Notes under the pieces: generated by a model | Told to the model about the DNA's origin: nothing | Databases searched by the model: none | What the model saw: only the letters and a program-made list of their open reading frames with translations | Made by a program: the position numbers and the translations under genes | Shown here: piece by piece, positions 13,778 to 22,981 of the stretch | Layout of the letters: every line of letters starts with the position of its first letter | Position numbering within the stretch: position 1 is the stretch's first letter | Origin: a virus | DNA length: 51,397 bases | Virus record (IMG/VR): IMGVR_UViG_3300045988_030125 | Reading direction: 5' to 3' (one strand)

Positions 13778-16093
13778 ATGGACCTCACACAATTCTTCCA
13801 AGCAGTCCTCCCAACGGGCGAAGGCTGGACACCCATCATTTTGAAGGGGCCTATGGGCGGCCTGACCAACTTCCGCTGGTTCGAATTGCCCGCACAGCTT
13901 GACAAGATGGTGGCGTACGCGCAGTCTCACGCGGACTTGGATGTCTACTACAGCCCCTTCCTGTACACCAAGCCCCCGGCCCTGTCGAACACCAGGCACG
14001 CGGCCAAGGATAACGTCATCCATGCCTCGTGCGTGTGGGCAGACGGCGACGACTGCCCGCTCGACAAGCTGAAGATTCAACCAACTATCACTGTCAAGAC
14101 CAGCGAAAAGCACTGGCAGGGATACTGGCTTCTCACCGACGCAGACGACCTGTCGAATGACATGCTTGAAGCCCTCTCGCGGGGACTCTACGAAGCACAC
14201 AAGAACGACGGGATGGACCGAGGCTGGCCCCTGTCGAAGAAGCTCCGCGTCCCCTTCACGCATAACCTCAAGAAGGTGAAGCCTTGGGAGATCACTCTCA
14301 CCGTTAACGACGAGGCTATCACCGCAGCAGAGTTCGCAGCCGAGTACGCACCTGTCGAACGCATGGGCATTGAGGAAGAAGACTTCCCGACCGACATCCC
14401 GTCGATGTTTGAAGTTCTTGGCATGGTGAACCGTAGTTACATTACCGATCTGGCTACGGACGACACCTTCACCACCGAGGAAGATCGTAGCGCGAGGATG
14501 TACCATCTTCAGTGCGCCCTCTGGGAGGAAGGCTGTTCCATTGTCGAGGCCTTTGCCGTCGTGCGCGGAACTGAGTTCAATAAGTTCGAACAGGACGGAC
14601 GCGGCGATGGTTACTTGTGGAGGCAGGTCAACCGTGACTATGCACGCTGGAAAGCCGAACACAGCGGACCAACTGAGAACGATCTCGAAGCGACGACACG
14701 TATTGGGTCCTCGTATCTCCTGAGCGAAGCACGCGAACTCGTGCTCCAGGATGTGAACTTCCTCCACGAAAATGAGCAAGAACCTATGGGCCTCTTTGTC
14801 GATCAGTTCGCAGCATGGGCGTCAACCAAGTCTGCAATGGCGCCTAAGCAGTTTCACTACGCAGGTGCTCTCGCTATCCTATCGTCCATGTTTGCGAAGT
14901 ACGGCTTCCTGCCAATCAATGTCCAAAAAATGCCGTTGAACCTGTACTTCCTGGTTCTGGGGCGTACAACCCAATCCCGTAAGTCAACGTCGTTGCGACT
15001 TGCAGAGGGCATGATGCGCGACGTGGCTGTTGGTATTGGTAAGGGGCCTGATGCTTTCATTGCGCCTGAAGATTCGACAGGTGAGGCTCTGTCCTCGTAC
15101 CTGCGCACCAAGCCGAAGGAGAGCGGCCTCTTCGCAATCGATGAGGTTCAAGACTTCTTTGCACATGCTGCCCAGAAGGGCAGCTACATGTCATCGATGA
15201 TGCCGTTCTTAACTAAGAGCTACGACGGCTACATTCCGGCTGTCGCACGTAAGGACAAGGGTGGCAAGGTTGCCTACCAGACTGCCACCCCGTATTACAT
15301 GACGTTCTACGGGACGGGCATCTTGGACCAGGCCGCGAAGCACCTGACGACCGAGAAGGTGGAGTCCGGCTTCACGCCTCGCTGCCTTGTCGTTATTGAC
15401 GACCGGGACAAGTACATCACGTCCTCTCAGGATGTGAAGCTGGTGCCAGTCAGTGCATCGACAGGCAAGATTGAGGACAAGCAGCGTGACTTCATGCTGT
15501 CGAACTTGATCAAGTCGGTCGCCAAGTTCGATGCACAGTTCAGTGCGCGTCAAGCATCGCGACTCCCTAACGAGGAAGTCCGTATCCCTATTGAGTTCGA
15601 GCCGGGTGTGTTCGAGCGCTGGATTGACTTCTCTGAGGAAGCCAAGGTCATGGCTGAGCGACACATGTTGAATAGTCGTGAGCTGTTCCCAGGCACTGAG
15701 CGTATGACGTTCTCGGTGTTGCGTATCGCTGCTCTACTTGCTATGTATAATGGGCCGACGACAAAAGGCACTGTCGTTGTCACAATGCGAGAAATGCTGA
15801 AGGCTATCTCGCTTGCGTCCATCTGGCTGTCGAGCAATGAAGTGTTCATCCACCACGTGAAGAACTCTAACTTCAGTAACAAGGTCGATAAGCTCATCAA
15901 CTTTGTTGCACGCACCGACAACGGCCTTGTTGCGATTCCCAAGCTCATGCTGAAGTTCCAGAGTGATATCAGTGGGATGCGTGAACTGAAGGAAATCATC
16001 ACATACGCCCAGGCGCGCGGAACAATCCGTGAAGTCATCAAGGGCAAGACAAACAACGAACGATTCATTGAATACGTAGGAGGGCAGGTATGA
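13778..16093 (+). CDS. DNA primase/polymerase-helicase (771 aa)
   Basis: I moved the track ORF start to ATG 13778, which follows AGAAAGGAGAG. The large replication protein has a P-loop-like GRTTQSRKST. It lies directly upstream of the DNA polymerase gene. Confidence 0.8.
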   Translation: MDLTQFFQAVLPTGEGWTPIILKGPMGGLTNFRWFELPAQLDKMVAYAQSHADLDVYYSPFLYTKPPALSNTRHAAKDNVIHASCVWADGDDCPLDKLKIQPTITVKTSEKHWQGYWLLTDADDLSNDMLEALSRGLYEAHKNDGMDRGWPLSKKLRVPFTHNLKKVKPWEITLTVNDEAITAAEFAAEYAPVERMGIEEEDFPTDIPSMFEVLGMVNRSYITDLATDDTFTTEEDRSARMYHLQCALWEEGCSIVEAFAVVRGTEFNKFEQDGRGDGYLWRQVNRDYARWKAEHSGPTENDLEATTRIGSSYLLSEARELVLQDVNFLHENEQEPMGLFVDQFAAWASTKSAMAPKQFHYAGALAILSSMFAKYGFLPINVQKMPLNLYFLVLGRTTQSRKSTSLRLAEGMMRDVAVGIGKGPDAFIAPEDSTGEALSSYLRTKPKESGLFAIDEVQDFFAHAAQKGSYMSSMMPFLTKSYDGYIPAVARKDKGGKVAYQTATPYYMTFYGTGILDQAAKHLTTEKVESGFTPRCLVVIDDRDKYITSSQDVKLVPVSASTGKIEDKQRDFMLSNLIKSVAKFDAQFSARQASRLPNEEVRIPIEFEPGVFERWIDFSEEAKVMAERHMLNSRELFPGTERMTFSVLRIAALLAMYNGPTTKGTVVVTMREMLKAISLASIWLSSNEVFIHHVKNSNFSNKVDKLINFVARTDNGLVAIPKLMLKFQSDISGMRELKEIITYAQARGTIREVIKGKTNNERFIEYVGGQV

Positions 16094-18147
16094 AGATTCT
16101 AACTACTGACTGCGACGAGCTGCCTGTTCTTGCGCAGATTCTACTGAAGCGGGCATACGTGGTATCTGGCCTTCCAGAGGACACGCACGTAGAAATCACT
16201 GACGATGTGAACGATGTGGATATCAAGATCACCCTCGGCACTGTGAAAGGTTACAAGGGTGGTGCGTACAAGACGCTTTCACCTAAGCAGATTGTTACCA
16301 ATCCGCAGTCTGTTCTGTTCCTTGCTCAGGCGTTGCAGTATGGTTACCTTGGTCCTGTTGATCTTAATCTGGAACTCGGCAAGGACTGGGTTATCTGGGA
16401 GGGTGAGGACATCACCTTCAAGCCAGGCACGGTGATTGCACTCGACATCGAGTCCGCTGGTGACATCGACAACGACACGTTCGCGGCTGGGCGCATCCTG
16501 TCGATTGCCCTGTGGAATGGCAAGTTTGGTGTGGTTATCCCCGAGGAGCTTGCTGAGACCGACAAAGCAGCAGAGACCATTAAGAGGCTGTGCGACACCT
16601 GCACGGTTGTCTGCCACAACGGGACCTTCGATATGCCGTACCTGTCGAAGCGCCTGGGTATCAACGTGTATCACCATGAGGACACGCTGCTCATGCACTT
16701 CGTGCTCGACAACCTGGCCGGTGAGCATGGCCTGAAGCCTCTCGCTCGTCGCTGGTTGCGTGCAGAGGATTGGGACTCGGATGCAAAGTCTTACCTGAAG
16801 GGCGGGGCGTACTTCGAAAACATCCCCAAGGAAAAGCTCTATGAGTACAACTTGGCAGACGTGGTATGGACCTTCAAGCTGTACGAATACTTCCTTCCGA
16901 TGCTCAAGAACAGCAGAAAGTACGACTACTACCGCTACCGTATGCAGGTCACGAAGGTTCTCAACGATGTGCAGATGAACGGTGTTGCAGTGTCGCTCAA
17001 TGCTCTCGATGAACTGGAAGAGAAGTATAAGCGTCAGTGTGACGAGAACCTTGTTGTCTTGAGGCAGCACGCGGGTGAGGACTTCAACCCACAGTCTCCT
17101 AAGCAGATCAAGGACTACTTCAAGTCTAAGGGTGTGTCGTCCCCGTCGTTCGACTCCGACCACCTGAAGAAGCTGCGACGCGAAGGCAAGGAGACTGAGT
17201 TTATCGACGCTCTGCTTGCCTACCGCTACGCAGCTAAGGTGATTGGCTCATTCATTGCTAACGTGCGCCGTAAGGTCGGTGAGGATGGACGTATCCATCC
17301 GTACTACCTGCCTCACGGTGCTAAGACGGGTCGCTTGTCGGCCAAGGGGCCAGCGATTCAGACGATGGGACGCGACAGCGGTATCAAGCGTGCCCTTGTC
17401 GCTGCACCTGGTTGCAAGATCATCTCTTGCGACTACTCCCAGGCTGAGCTACGTACTGTCGCTGAGCTCGCGGACGACGAGGCTATGATTGCCGCGTTCC
17501 AGCCGGGTGCACCGGACTTTTTTGACGATCTGATGACAAAGATCTGGCCAGAAGAGTTCCCGACAATCGAAGCGTACGAGGCTTTCAAGCACGAACAGCC
17601 AAAGACCGCGAAGAACCGACGCGCACTGGTCAAGAGCGTGGTGTACGGTCTCAACTACAATAGAGGTGTACCAGCTATTGCGACAGCGCTTGAACAGCCT
17701 CTTGAGGCCGCACAGCATGTGGTCGATCAATACCTCGGCTCCTACCCGGGACTTCGAGACTGGCAGGCACGGGTTAAGCACAGTGTAGGACGTAAGGAAG
17801 AGGACCACGAACGTAAAACCAAGTTCGGCCTCACCTTCAATCCCCTTTTCGTGTCGGACAGCAACTACAATTCGACACAGAATGAAGCACTCGCCTTTGT
17901 TCCACAATCGACAGCCAATGACATCTGTCTGAACGCAGCAATCAAGATCAATGAACAAGTTGGTCAATACGGAGCTAAGCTGATTGGTCTTGTCCATGAC
18001 GCTACCTATGTCGAGTGCCCCGAAGAAACCATTGAAGAGTGCTCCAAGATGATGGAATACGAAATGGCTAAGGCGGCGACGATTGTGTTCAATCGTGTGC
18101 CTTTTGCTGCTGAAGCAGAGGTCGGTAACAACTGGGAAGAGGTGTAA
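16090..18147 (+). CDS. family-A DNA polymerase (Pol I-like, with 3'-5' exonuclease)
   Basis: Exonuclease motifs LDIES and HNGTFDMPYL are present. Polymerase motifs DYSQAELR, KSVVYGLNY and LVHDA are present. Confidence 0.93.
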   Translation: MKILTTDCDELPVLAQILLKRAYVVSGLPEDTHVEITDDVNDVDIKITLGTVKGYKGGAYKTLSPKQIVTNPQSVLFLAQALQYGYLGPVDLNLELGKDWVIWEGEDITFKPGTVIALDIESAGDIDNDTFAAGRILSIALWNGKFGVVIPEELAETDKAAETIKRLCDTCTVVCHNGTFDMPYLSKRLGINVYHHEDTLLMHFVLDNLAGEHGLKPLARRWLRAEDWDSDAKSYLKGGAYFENIPKEKLYEYNLADVVWTFKLYEYFLPMLKNSRKYDYYRYRMQVTKVLNDVQMNGVAVSLNALDELEEKYKRQCDENLVVLRQHAGEDFNPQSPKQIKDYFKSKGVSSPSFDSDHLKKLRREGKETEFIDALLAYRYAAKVIGSFIANVRRKVGEDGRIHPYYLPHGAKTGRLSAKGPAIQTMGRDSGIKRALVAAPGCKIISCDYSQAELRTVAELADDEAMIAAFQPGAPDFFDDLMTKIWPEEFPTIEAYEAFKHEQPKTAKNRRALVKSVVYGLNYNRGVPAIATALEQPLEAAQHVVDQYLGSYPGLRDWQARVKHSVGRKEEDHERKTKFGLTFNPLFVSDSNYNSTQNEALAFVPQSTANDICLNAAIKINEQVGQYGAKLIGLVHDATYVECPEETIEECSKMMEYEMAKAATIVFNRVPFAAEAEVGNNWEEV

Positions 18148-18440
18148 TGAACGCATCCGATTATGAAGAAGCAGCTTGCCTTAATGCTCCTGTCGAGCTG
18201 TTCTACGATGTGAAGCTCTACGCAGACGTTGCACGAGTATTCTGCGAGAACTGCCCCATCAAAGAACAGTGTCTTCAAGATTGCCTGCAAGCCGAAGAAA
18301 CACCTGTTGACGGTAAGAAGTTCCGTTCAGGTGTCTTCGGTGGGCTTTCACCGAGCGCAAGGAATGTTTACGCTGGCACAGCATACGATGTACTAAGTGA
18401 TGATTGGGAGGAAGAATATGCAAACAGTAATAGCAATTGA
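18147..18440 (+). CDS. whiB: WhiB-family Fe-S transcription factor
   Basis: The Cys pattern is C-x21-C-x2-C-x5-C (AACL...FCENCPIKEQC), followed by GVFGGL. Confidence 0.8.
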   Translation: MNASDYEEAACLNAPVELFYDVKLYADVARVFCENCPIKEQCLQDCLQAEETPVDGKKFRSGVFGGLSPSARNVYAGTAYDVLSDDWEEEYANSNSN

Positions 18441-18879
18441 TCCTGGTGTCAACACAGGACTAGTTGTTGCCCATGTCGATGAAGCAGTGGAAATCCTACA
18501 CTTCGATCAATTCATCTGTTCGACACACATCGAAACCGTGGAACTGATTAAACGTCATCTCGACCAGCATCCTGGTGCCACTGTCGTTGCCGAGCAGTTC
18601 GACCTGCGTCCAAGCAACAAGTTCACAGCAGACCTCACCCCTGTGAAGGTAAACGCTGTGCTTGACTGGCTTGTCGATGACATCCACTATCAGACCCCGG
18701 CGCAAGCCAAGGGCCTCGTGAAGGATGCGACACTGAAGAACCTAGGGTGGTGGCTCACCGGCAAGCACGTAAACTACAAGGACGCCAACGATGTCCGTGA
18801 CGCTTTCCGGCATCTGGTGTACTACCTTGTACACGAGCTACACCATAAATGGACACTCGACAACGGGTGGCCAAGGTAA
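18418..18879 (+). CDS. RuvC-like Holliday junction resolvase
   Basis: I moved the track ORF start to ATG 18418, which follows GGGAGGAAG. The N-terminal motif is AIDPGVNTG. Confidence 0.8.
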   Translation: MQTVIAIDPGVNTGLVVAHVDEAVEILHFDQFICSTHIETVELIKRHLDQHPGATVVAEQFDLRPSNKFTADLTPVKVNAVLDWLVDDIHYQTPAQAKGLVKDATLKNLGWWLTGKHVNYKDANDVRDAFRHLVYYLVHELHHKWTLDNGWPR

Positions 18880-18881
18880 TA

Positions 18882-18925
18882 GAAAACCCCTCTGCTAGGA
18901 AAGGAGAACTAGCAGAGGGGTTTTC
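18882..18925. terminator. Bidirectional intrinsic terminator at the convergence of the two arms
   Basis: GAAAACCCCTCTGCTAG pairs with CTAGCAGAGGGGTTTTC in a 17-bp stem. T-runs follow on both strands. Confidence 0.9.
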
Positions 18926-18991
18926 TCACCCAATCGCCCACAGCAACCACACAGAATGTGTTGATAACTGTCGCTACTTAGTATAGCACAC

Positions 18992-19663
18992 TCAGCCGAT
19001 CTTCGAGGCCCCAATACAGAGGCCGCCCCAGCCAATATTGTTGACTGGGCTACACTGAATCTTGACAGCAACATTCACCTTACCAGGGCTATAGGCGTAG
19101 TATGGCATTGTCGCCATACGGAACGACGTGACACCCTCAGCGTGGTTGTACGTGTTGGTAGTACCGACGTTGACAAACTGAGCATTTGCAATTGACTGGA
19201 ACACGTCGATATTGGTGTCCTTGGAAGAGTTATTATTATCCAGCGTAATGCAGTTGGAGAACAGCCACAGGCCCTTCGAAGGCAAATCGATCATCTGGTT
19301 AATCGTAGCGCTCGCGCCGTGCTGAGTGTAGCGACGCCACTGAGAGAACGATTCGTTGTTGTTCACATAACGAACCTCTGGTGCACCGCCCCAGACCTTC
19401 TCAGATCGGTTGTTGGTATATAGGTACATCTCATTCGTATCTGCACGATAGATCAAGATGTCTGCAACATTTGCAGTAGCTCTATTAATAGCCGACAGCT
19501 TGGCCGTCTCATCAGCAGCGTTCTTAGCAATAAGAATACGATTCTGCTGAAGCTGCTTGATGACTTCAGATACAGAGTTAAAGCCCAAGTTCATAAACGC
19601 GGGCCAACTTTGAATAACATCATTCGGACTGTAGACCCAGATCCCTTGTGGATTGGTAGCCAT
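18992..19663 (-). CDS. minor tail / putative receptor-binding protein (223 aa)
   Basis: I moved the track ORF start to ATG 19663, which follows GGAGTGAGG. It is the last gene of the tail module. Confidence 0.7.
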   Translation of the reverse strand: MATNPQGIWVYSPNDVIQSWPAFMNLGFNSVSEVIKQLQQNRILIAKNAADETAKLSAINRATANVADILIYRADTNEMYLYTNNRSEKVWGGAPEVRYVNNNESFSQWRRYTQHGASATINQMIDLPSKGLWLFSNCITLDNNNSSKDTNIDVFQSIANAQFVNVGTTNTYNHAEGVTSFRMATMPYYAYSPGKVNVAVKIQCSPVNNIGWGGLCIGASKIG

Positions 19664-19665
19664 GG

Positions 19666-20274
19666 TCAGTACCTCACTCCTGTAATCTCCATGAACAGAT
19701 GGGAATACCCATCCCAATTGTAAATCAACTGTGGTTTATCAGCCGAGCCTTCCACACCTAGATACATGTAACCATCGTAGTACTTGTCGAATGGGATAAT
19801 GGTGGTGTAGTTAATGATAGCGTCAAGAATAAACTTCCCTTCTTGACCAATCGACCTGTACGAAGTGTAACAATAGCTACGCAAGACATGGGCTTTAGAC
19901 CCATCCATTACACCGACAGAGACGGCTGGTCCACGGCTGTCACCCCGGAAGAGGTCGGCACCAACCACGAGTTCAAGTGTCCCAGTCAAGGTAAGCTGCA
20001 TGAACGAACCGGAATCGCCCCAAGGTAGAGACTGGTACCACAGGTCTTCATACGTACCAACGCCACTGCTACGGCCCGGCTGAGGAATAATCATCGAATC
20101 ATTAAAGGGAACCGCCACACCAGAGTTTGAGCGACTATTGGTGAGAGCGTTAATGCTATCAACTGAGTTGCTGAAGTTACTCTTTAGCAGCCTGAGTTCA
20201 GCTTCCAGTGAGGCAATTCGACGATCAACGTCAGTGCCCCAAGCCTGAGAAGGTTGTGGAAGGTTATGCTTCAT
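19666..20274 (-). CDS. minor tail protein with an N-terminal coiled coil
   Basis: The ORF is in the track and lies within the tail module. Confidence 0.7.
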   Translation of the reverse strand: MKHNLPQPSQAWGTDVDRRIASLEAELRLLKSNFSNSVDSINALTNSRSNSGVAVPFNDSMIIPQPGRSSGVGTYEDLWYQSLPWGDSGSFMQLTLTGTLELVVGADLFRGDSRGPAVSVGVMDGSKAHVLRSYCYTSYRSIGQEGKFILDAIINYTTIIPFDKYYDGYMYLGVEGSADKPQLIYNWDGYSHLFMEITGVRY

Positions 20275-22066
20275 TGTGCTTAAATCCCCTCAGCGTTAGT
20301 TCTTCTAGTGTAAGGCCCGTCGGGTCTTCCAGTTGTTCGACACGTGGCGTATCAAAGATGTTCATCACGTCCCACAAGGTTGTCCAACCCTCACACGTCA
20401 GATCGACACCAGTCTCACTGTAGTTCGCGGATGTGATCTGCCAACTGTACCTGTCGAAAACAGCCGTGGTCCCGGCCAAACGACCAAAGACCTGCACCCT
20501 GTCGGCCAGCTTACGGTTGGACGTGAACGACACCAAGTCGTTATAAATCTTGTCCATCGTTGTATTCTTAGGCCAACGCTCTTCTGCCTTAGCTGGCAGT
20601 GGTTGCCCAGTGAAGTCATCAGCATCTGACACCACGACCGGCGGGCGCTCGAAGTCATAGACAACAGACGTGTAAGAGTCATTCAGCGGTGGCATACCAG
20701 ACCATTCAAGTGTAGTCTTCGTACCCAATGCATCCTGAGCAGCATACATGCACGCGGCGTACGCCTTATCCAGGCTGTCGATGAACCGGGAGGTAATCTT
20801 CAACGGCTCAGTCTTGTGGGGATAGCCGGTGTAGAAAGTCAAGACCTTCTCTTCGTAAGGTAGCGCCTGGCCGTAGATACGCAGTGTCGAATAGTCGTTC
20901 TGCCCATCCGATTCAGCAATACGGTATGGTCCAAGACGCTTGTTCAGCATCCCGGTAACCGTAACCTTAAGCTGGTTAGGCTCATCACCAAGTTCGACAG
21001 TAAGACGACCACCCTCAGCCCTCCACTGAGCAGGTGTAATTGGCTTGTTGTCCTTGCCAACAACCGTGTACACACTATAAGGTGGTGTGTGCCTAGTGGC
21101 ACCAGGACCCCTAGGAGCAAGAATGTATTGCTGATGCCACTGCACGATATACTTAGGATCGACACAAGTGACCTGAGGAGGGACACTCTTAAGCAGGCTT
21201 GGTGTTTCGAGAATGAACTCCTTAGTCTCTCCTGCCTCGACAGATAGCACCTCACTCTTCTTCGCGGCATCGAGCAGCATTTCATTAGGTGCGACCGGCG
21301 GCCAGATAAGCATCGTTGGGCACTCACCCCTGTGGCTCATGGCATCGTAAGAAATAGTCCCATTAGCTTCAGGATACCCAGCGTCATATCCAGCCACATA
21401 ATCGAGACTAAGATCCACATAATAAGTACACTCAATAGACGAAGCTGGCTCAGATTGAGTGTAATTCACCTTATAGTCAGCTGTGTAACCTTGAAGGCGC
21501 GTGAGAACAGTATGGTTCTTAAATATCACGATGGTGTCATAAACCCAAGTAACCTGAAATCCGACACTCGCCAACCAGTTCTTCAAAATAGACCACAAAT
21601 TGCCCTTGCCACCAGGGAAGGATTTATGATCTTTCTCCCATTGAGAAGACTCGTTTATGAACGGGTTATAGTCATCAGAAACGAAAGGCTGCACCCACAT
21701 CTTAGGTGGCTCTGGTGCACCTGCCACCTCAAAGAACCTTCGAACAACCTCTGAGACCTTGACTACACACATTGGTGGGACATAAGCCTCAACATCAAGA
21801 AGATAGAAAGGATCATTAAGCGTTGCAGACCAGGACCAAGGCCCTGTCGTCAAGGCTCGTGCGACCGCATGGGTGCGGCCAAAGCGAACATCATCAAGGA
21901 CGACACTCTTGTTGATCACGAGAGCTGGCTCGATCCCACCAGCACCTTCAAGGTGGTACTCAGAAAAACCACCTGTCGTCATGTCCATGTCCATAGACAC
22001 AGAATCTTCAGCGACAGACCAAGAAGTGAGCTTTTCAGCCGGAATACCCAGCGCCCGCATTACCAT
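20264..22066 (-). CDS. minor tail protein (Tal-like, 600 aa)
   Basis: This large ORF lies downstream of the distal tail protein and the tape measure. Confidence 0.75.
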   Translation of the reverse strand: MVMRALGIPAEKLTSWSVAEDSVSMDMDMTTGGFSEYHLEGAGGIEPALVINKSVVLDDVRFGRTHAVARALTTGPWSWSATLNDPFYLLDVEAYVPPMCVVKVSEVVRRFFEVAGAPEPPKMWVQPFVSDDYNPFINESSQWEKDHKSFPGGKGNLWSILKNWLASVGFQVTWVYDTIVIFKNHTVLTRLQGYTADYKVNYTQSEPASSIECTYYVDLSLDYVAGYDAGYPEANGTISYDAMSHRGECPTMLIWPPVAPNEMLLDAAKKSEVLSVEAGETKEFILETPSLLKSVPPQVTCVDPKYIVQWHQQYILAPRGPGATRHTPPYSVYTVVGKDNKPITPAQWRAEGGRLTVELGDEPNQLKVTVTGMLNKRLGPYRIAESDGQNDYSTLRIYGQALPYEEKVLTFYTGYPHKTEPLKITSRFIDSLDKAYAACMYAAQDALGTKTTLEWSGMPPLNDSYTSVVYDFERPPVVVSDADDFTGQPLPAKAEERWPKNTTMDKIYNDLVSFTSNRKLADRVQVFGRLAGTTAVFDRYSWQITSANYSETGVDLTCEGWTTLWDVMNIFDTPRVEQLEDPTGLTLEELTLRGFKHNEA

Positions 22067-22971
22067 GAGTAAACCTCCTCTAGCGTCACAGAAGCCGAGA
22101 AATGACCACGATAGTTGTTAACAGTCAAAACCTTAGCAGTACCAGGAACAACCTTCAAATTGCCCCCACCAGACGGATACGAGTAAGTGTACTCAGGCGG
22201 TGGGGTGCTAGGCCATGTGGTAGGACTCTTAGTCAGGCGAAGACTAGCCCAGCTAATGTGCCCTTCTTGAACAGGCTTCATAGTAATTTCCCATACGCCT
22301 TTACCAAAGCTGAAAACCTGGTTCTTCAGCTTAGTGATCACATGCAGTGGCAAATCACCACCATCCACACGAATAAAGCTCCACTCGAACGGGCGCTTGT
22401 TGTCCTCAAAACCGTAAGCGAAAAACGTGCCGTACCACCCTTGTGGAATAACAACACGTTCAGTGTAGCTACCGGGCTTACTGAGCGCGAGTGACTGCTC
22501 ACGACCATTCAGCTTGTCACGCTTAGTTAAGAACTGGTTGTTCATGTTCAGCATGTTCGGCTTAAGAATGACACCGGGATGCCCGGTAGTAGAATCAGCA
22601 TCCTTCGTAGGGAACAACGCTTGCTTACCCCAATCGTTAAACGCGAATGGGGTCCCCGCATGGTAGTGCAGATATGGCAGACCCATCAGAGGCGACAGCA
22701 TGTTGTTAAACGCAAACGGATCAGCATAACTCACCCACTCGTCGCCCCTGTTCATGAACAAGCGACGGAACAAATCAGCCTGATCACGATTCAAGAACGA
22801 CCAAGTAAGCTCGTACTTCTTATGGCCATAGACTGAACCATTCGTGTACCCGAAACCGTTGAGCAGCGTTGTCGAACCATCACCCGCGTGAATGTTATCC
22901 GACACGGGCGATTCGTCAGGCGCAGGGAACCACGACATAAAGTTCCCCACAGCGAAAAAGACCTCTCTCAT
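22060..22971 (-). CDS. distal tail protein (303 aa)
   Basis: I moved the track ORF start to ATG 22971, which follows AGGGGTTG. It lies immediately downstream of the tape measure gene. Confidence 0.7.
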   Translation of the reverse strand: MREVFFAVGNFMSWFPAPDESPVSDNIHAGDGSTTLLNGFGYTNGSVYGHKKYELTWSFLNRDQADLFRRLFMNRGDEWVSYADPFAFNNMLSPLMGLPYLHYHAGTPFAFNDWGKQALFPTKDADSTTGHPGVILKPNMLNMNNQFLTKRDKLNGREQSLALSKPGSYTERVVIPQGWYGTFFAYGFEDNKRPFEWSFIRVDGGDLPLHVITKLKNQVFSFGKGVWEITMKPVQEGHISWASLRLTKSPTTWPSTPPPEYTYSYPSGGGNLKVVPGTAKVLTVNNYRGHFSASVTLEEVYSW

Positions 22972-22981
22972 TTCACAACCC

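Noticed and set aside
13205-14779. 524-aa ORF on the minus strand
   Set aside because: It lies entirely antisense to the well-supported primase/helicase gene. Its composition is rich in Arg, Leu and Val, it has no RBS, and it breaks the strand organisation. It is a shadow ORF.
16279-17163. 294-aa ORF on the minus strand
   Set aside because: It lies antisense to the DNA polymerase gene and has no start signals.
18961-18991. + strand promoter-like TTGATA...TATAGC after the bidirectional terminator
   Set aside because: The spacing is suboptimal (15 nt). It would only drive antisense transcription into the tail genes, and no downstream feature supports it.
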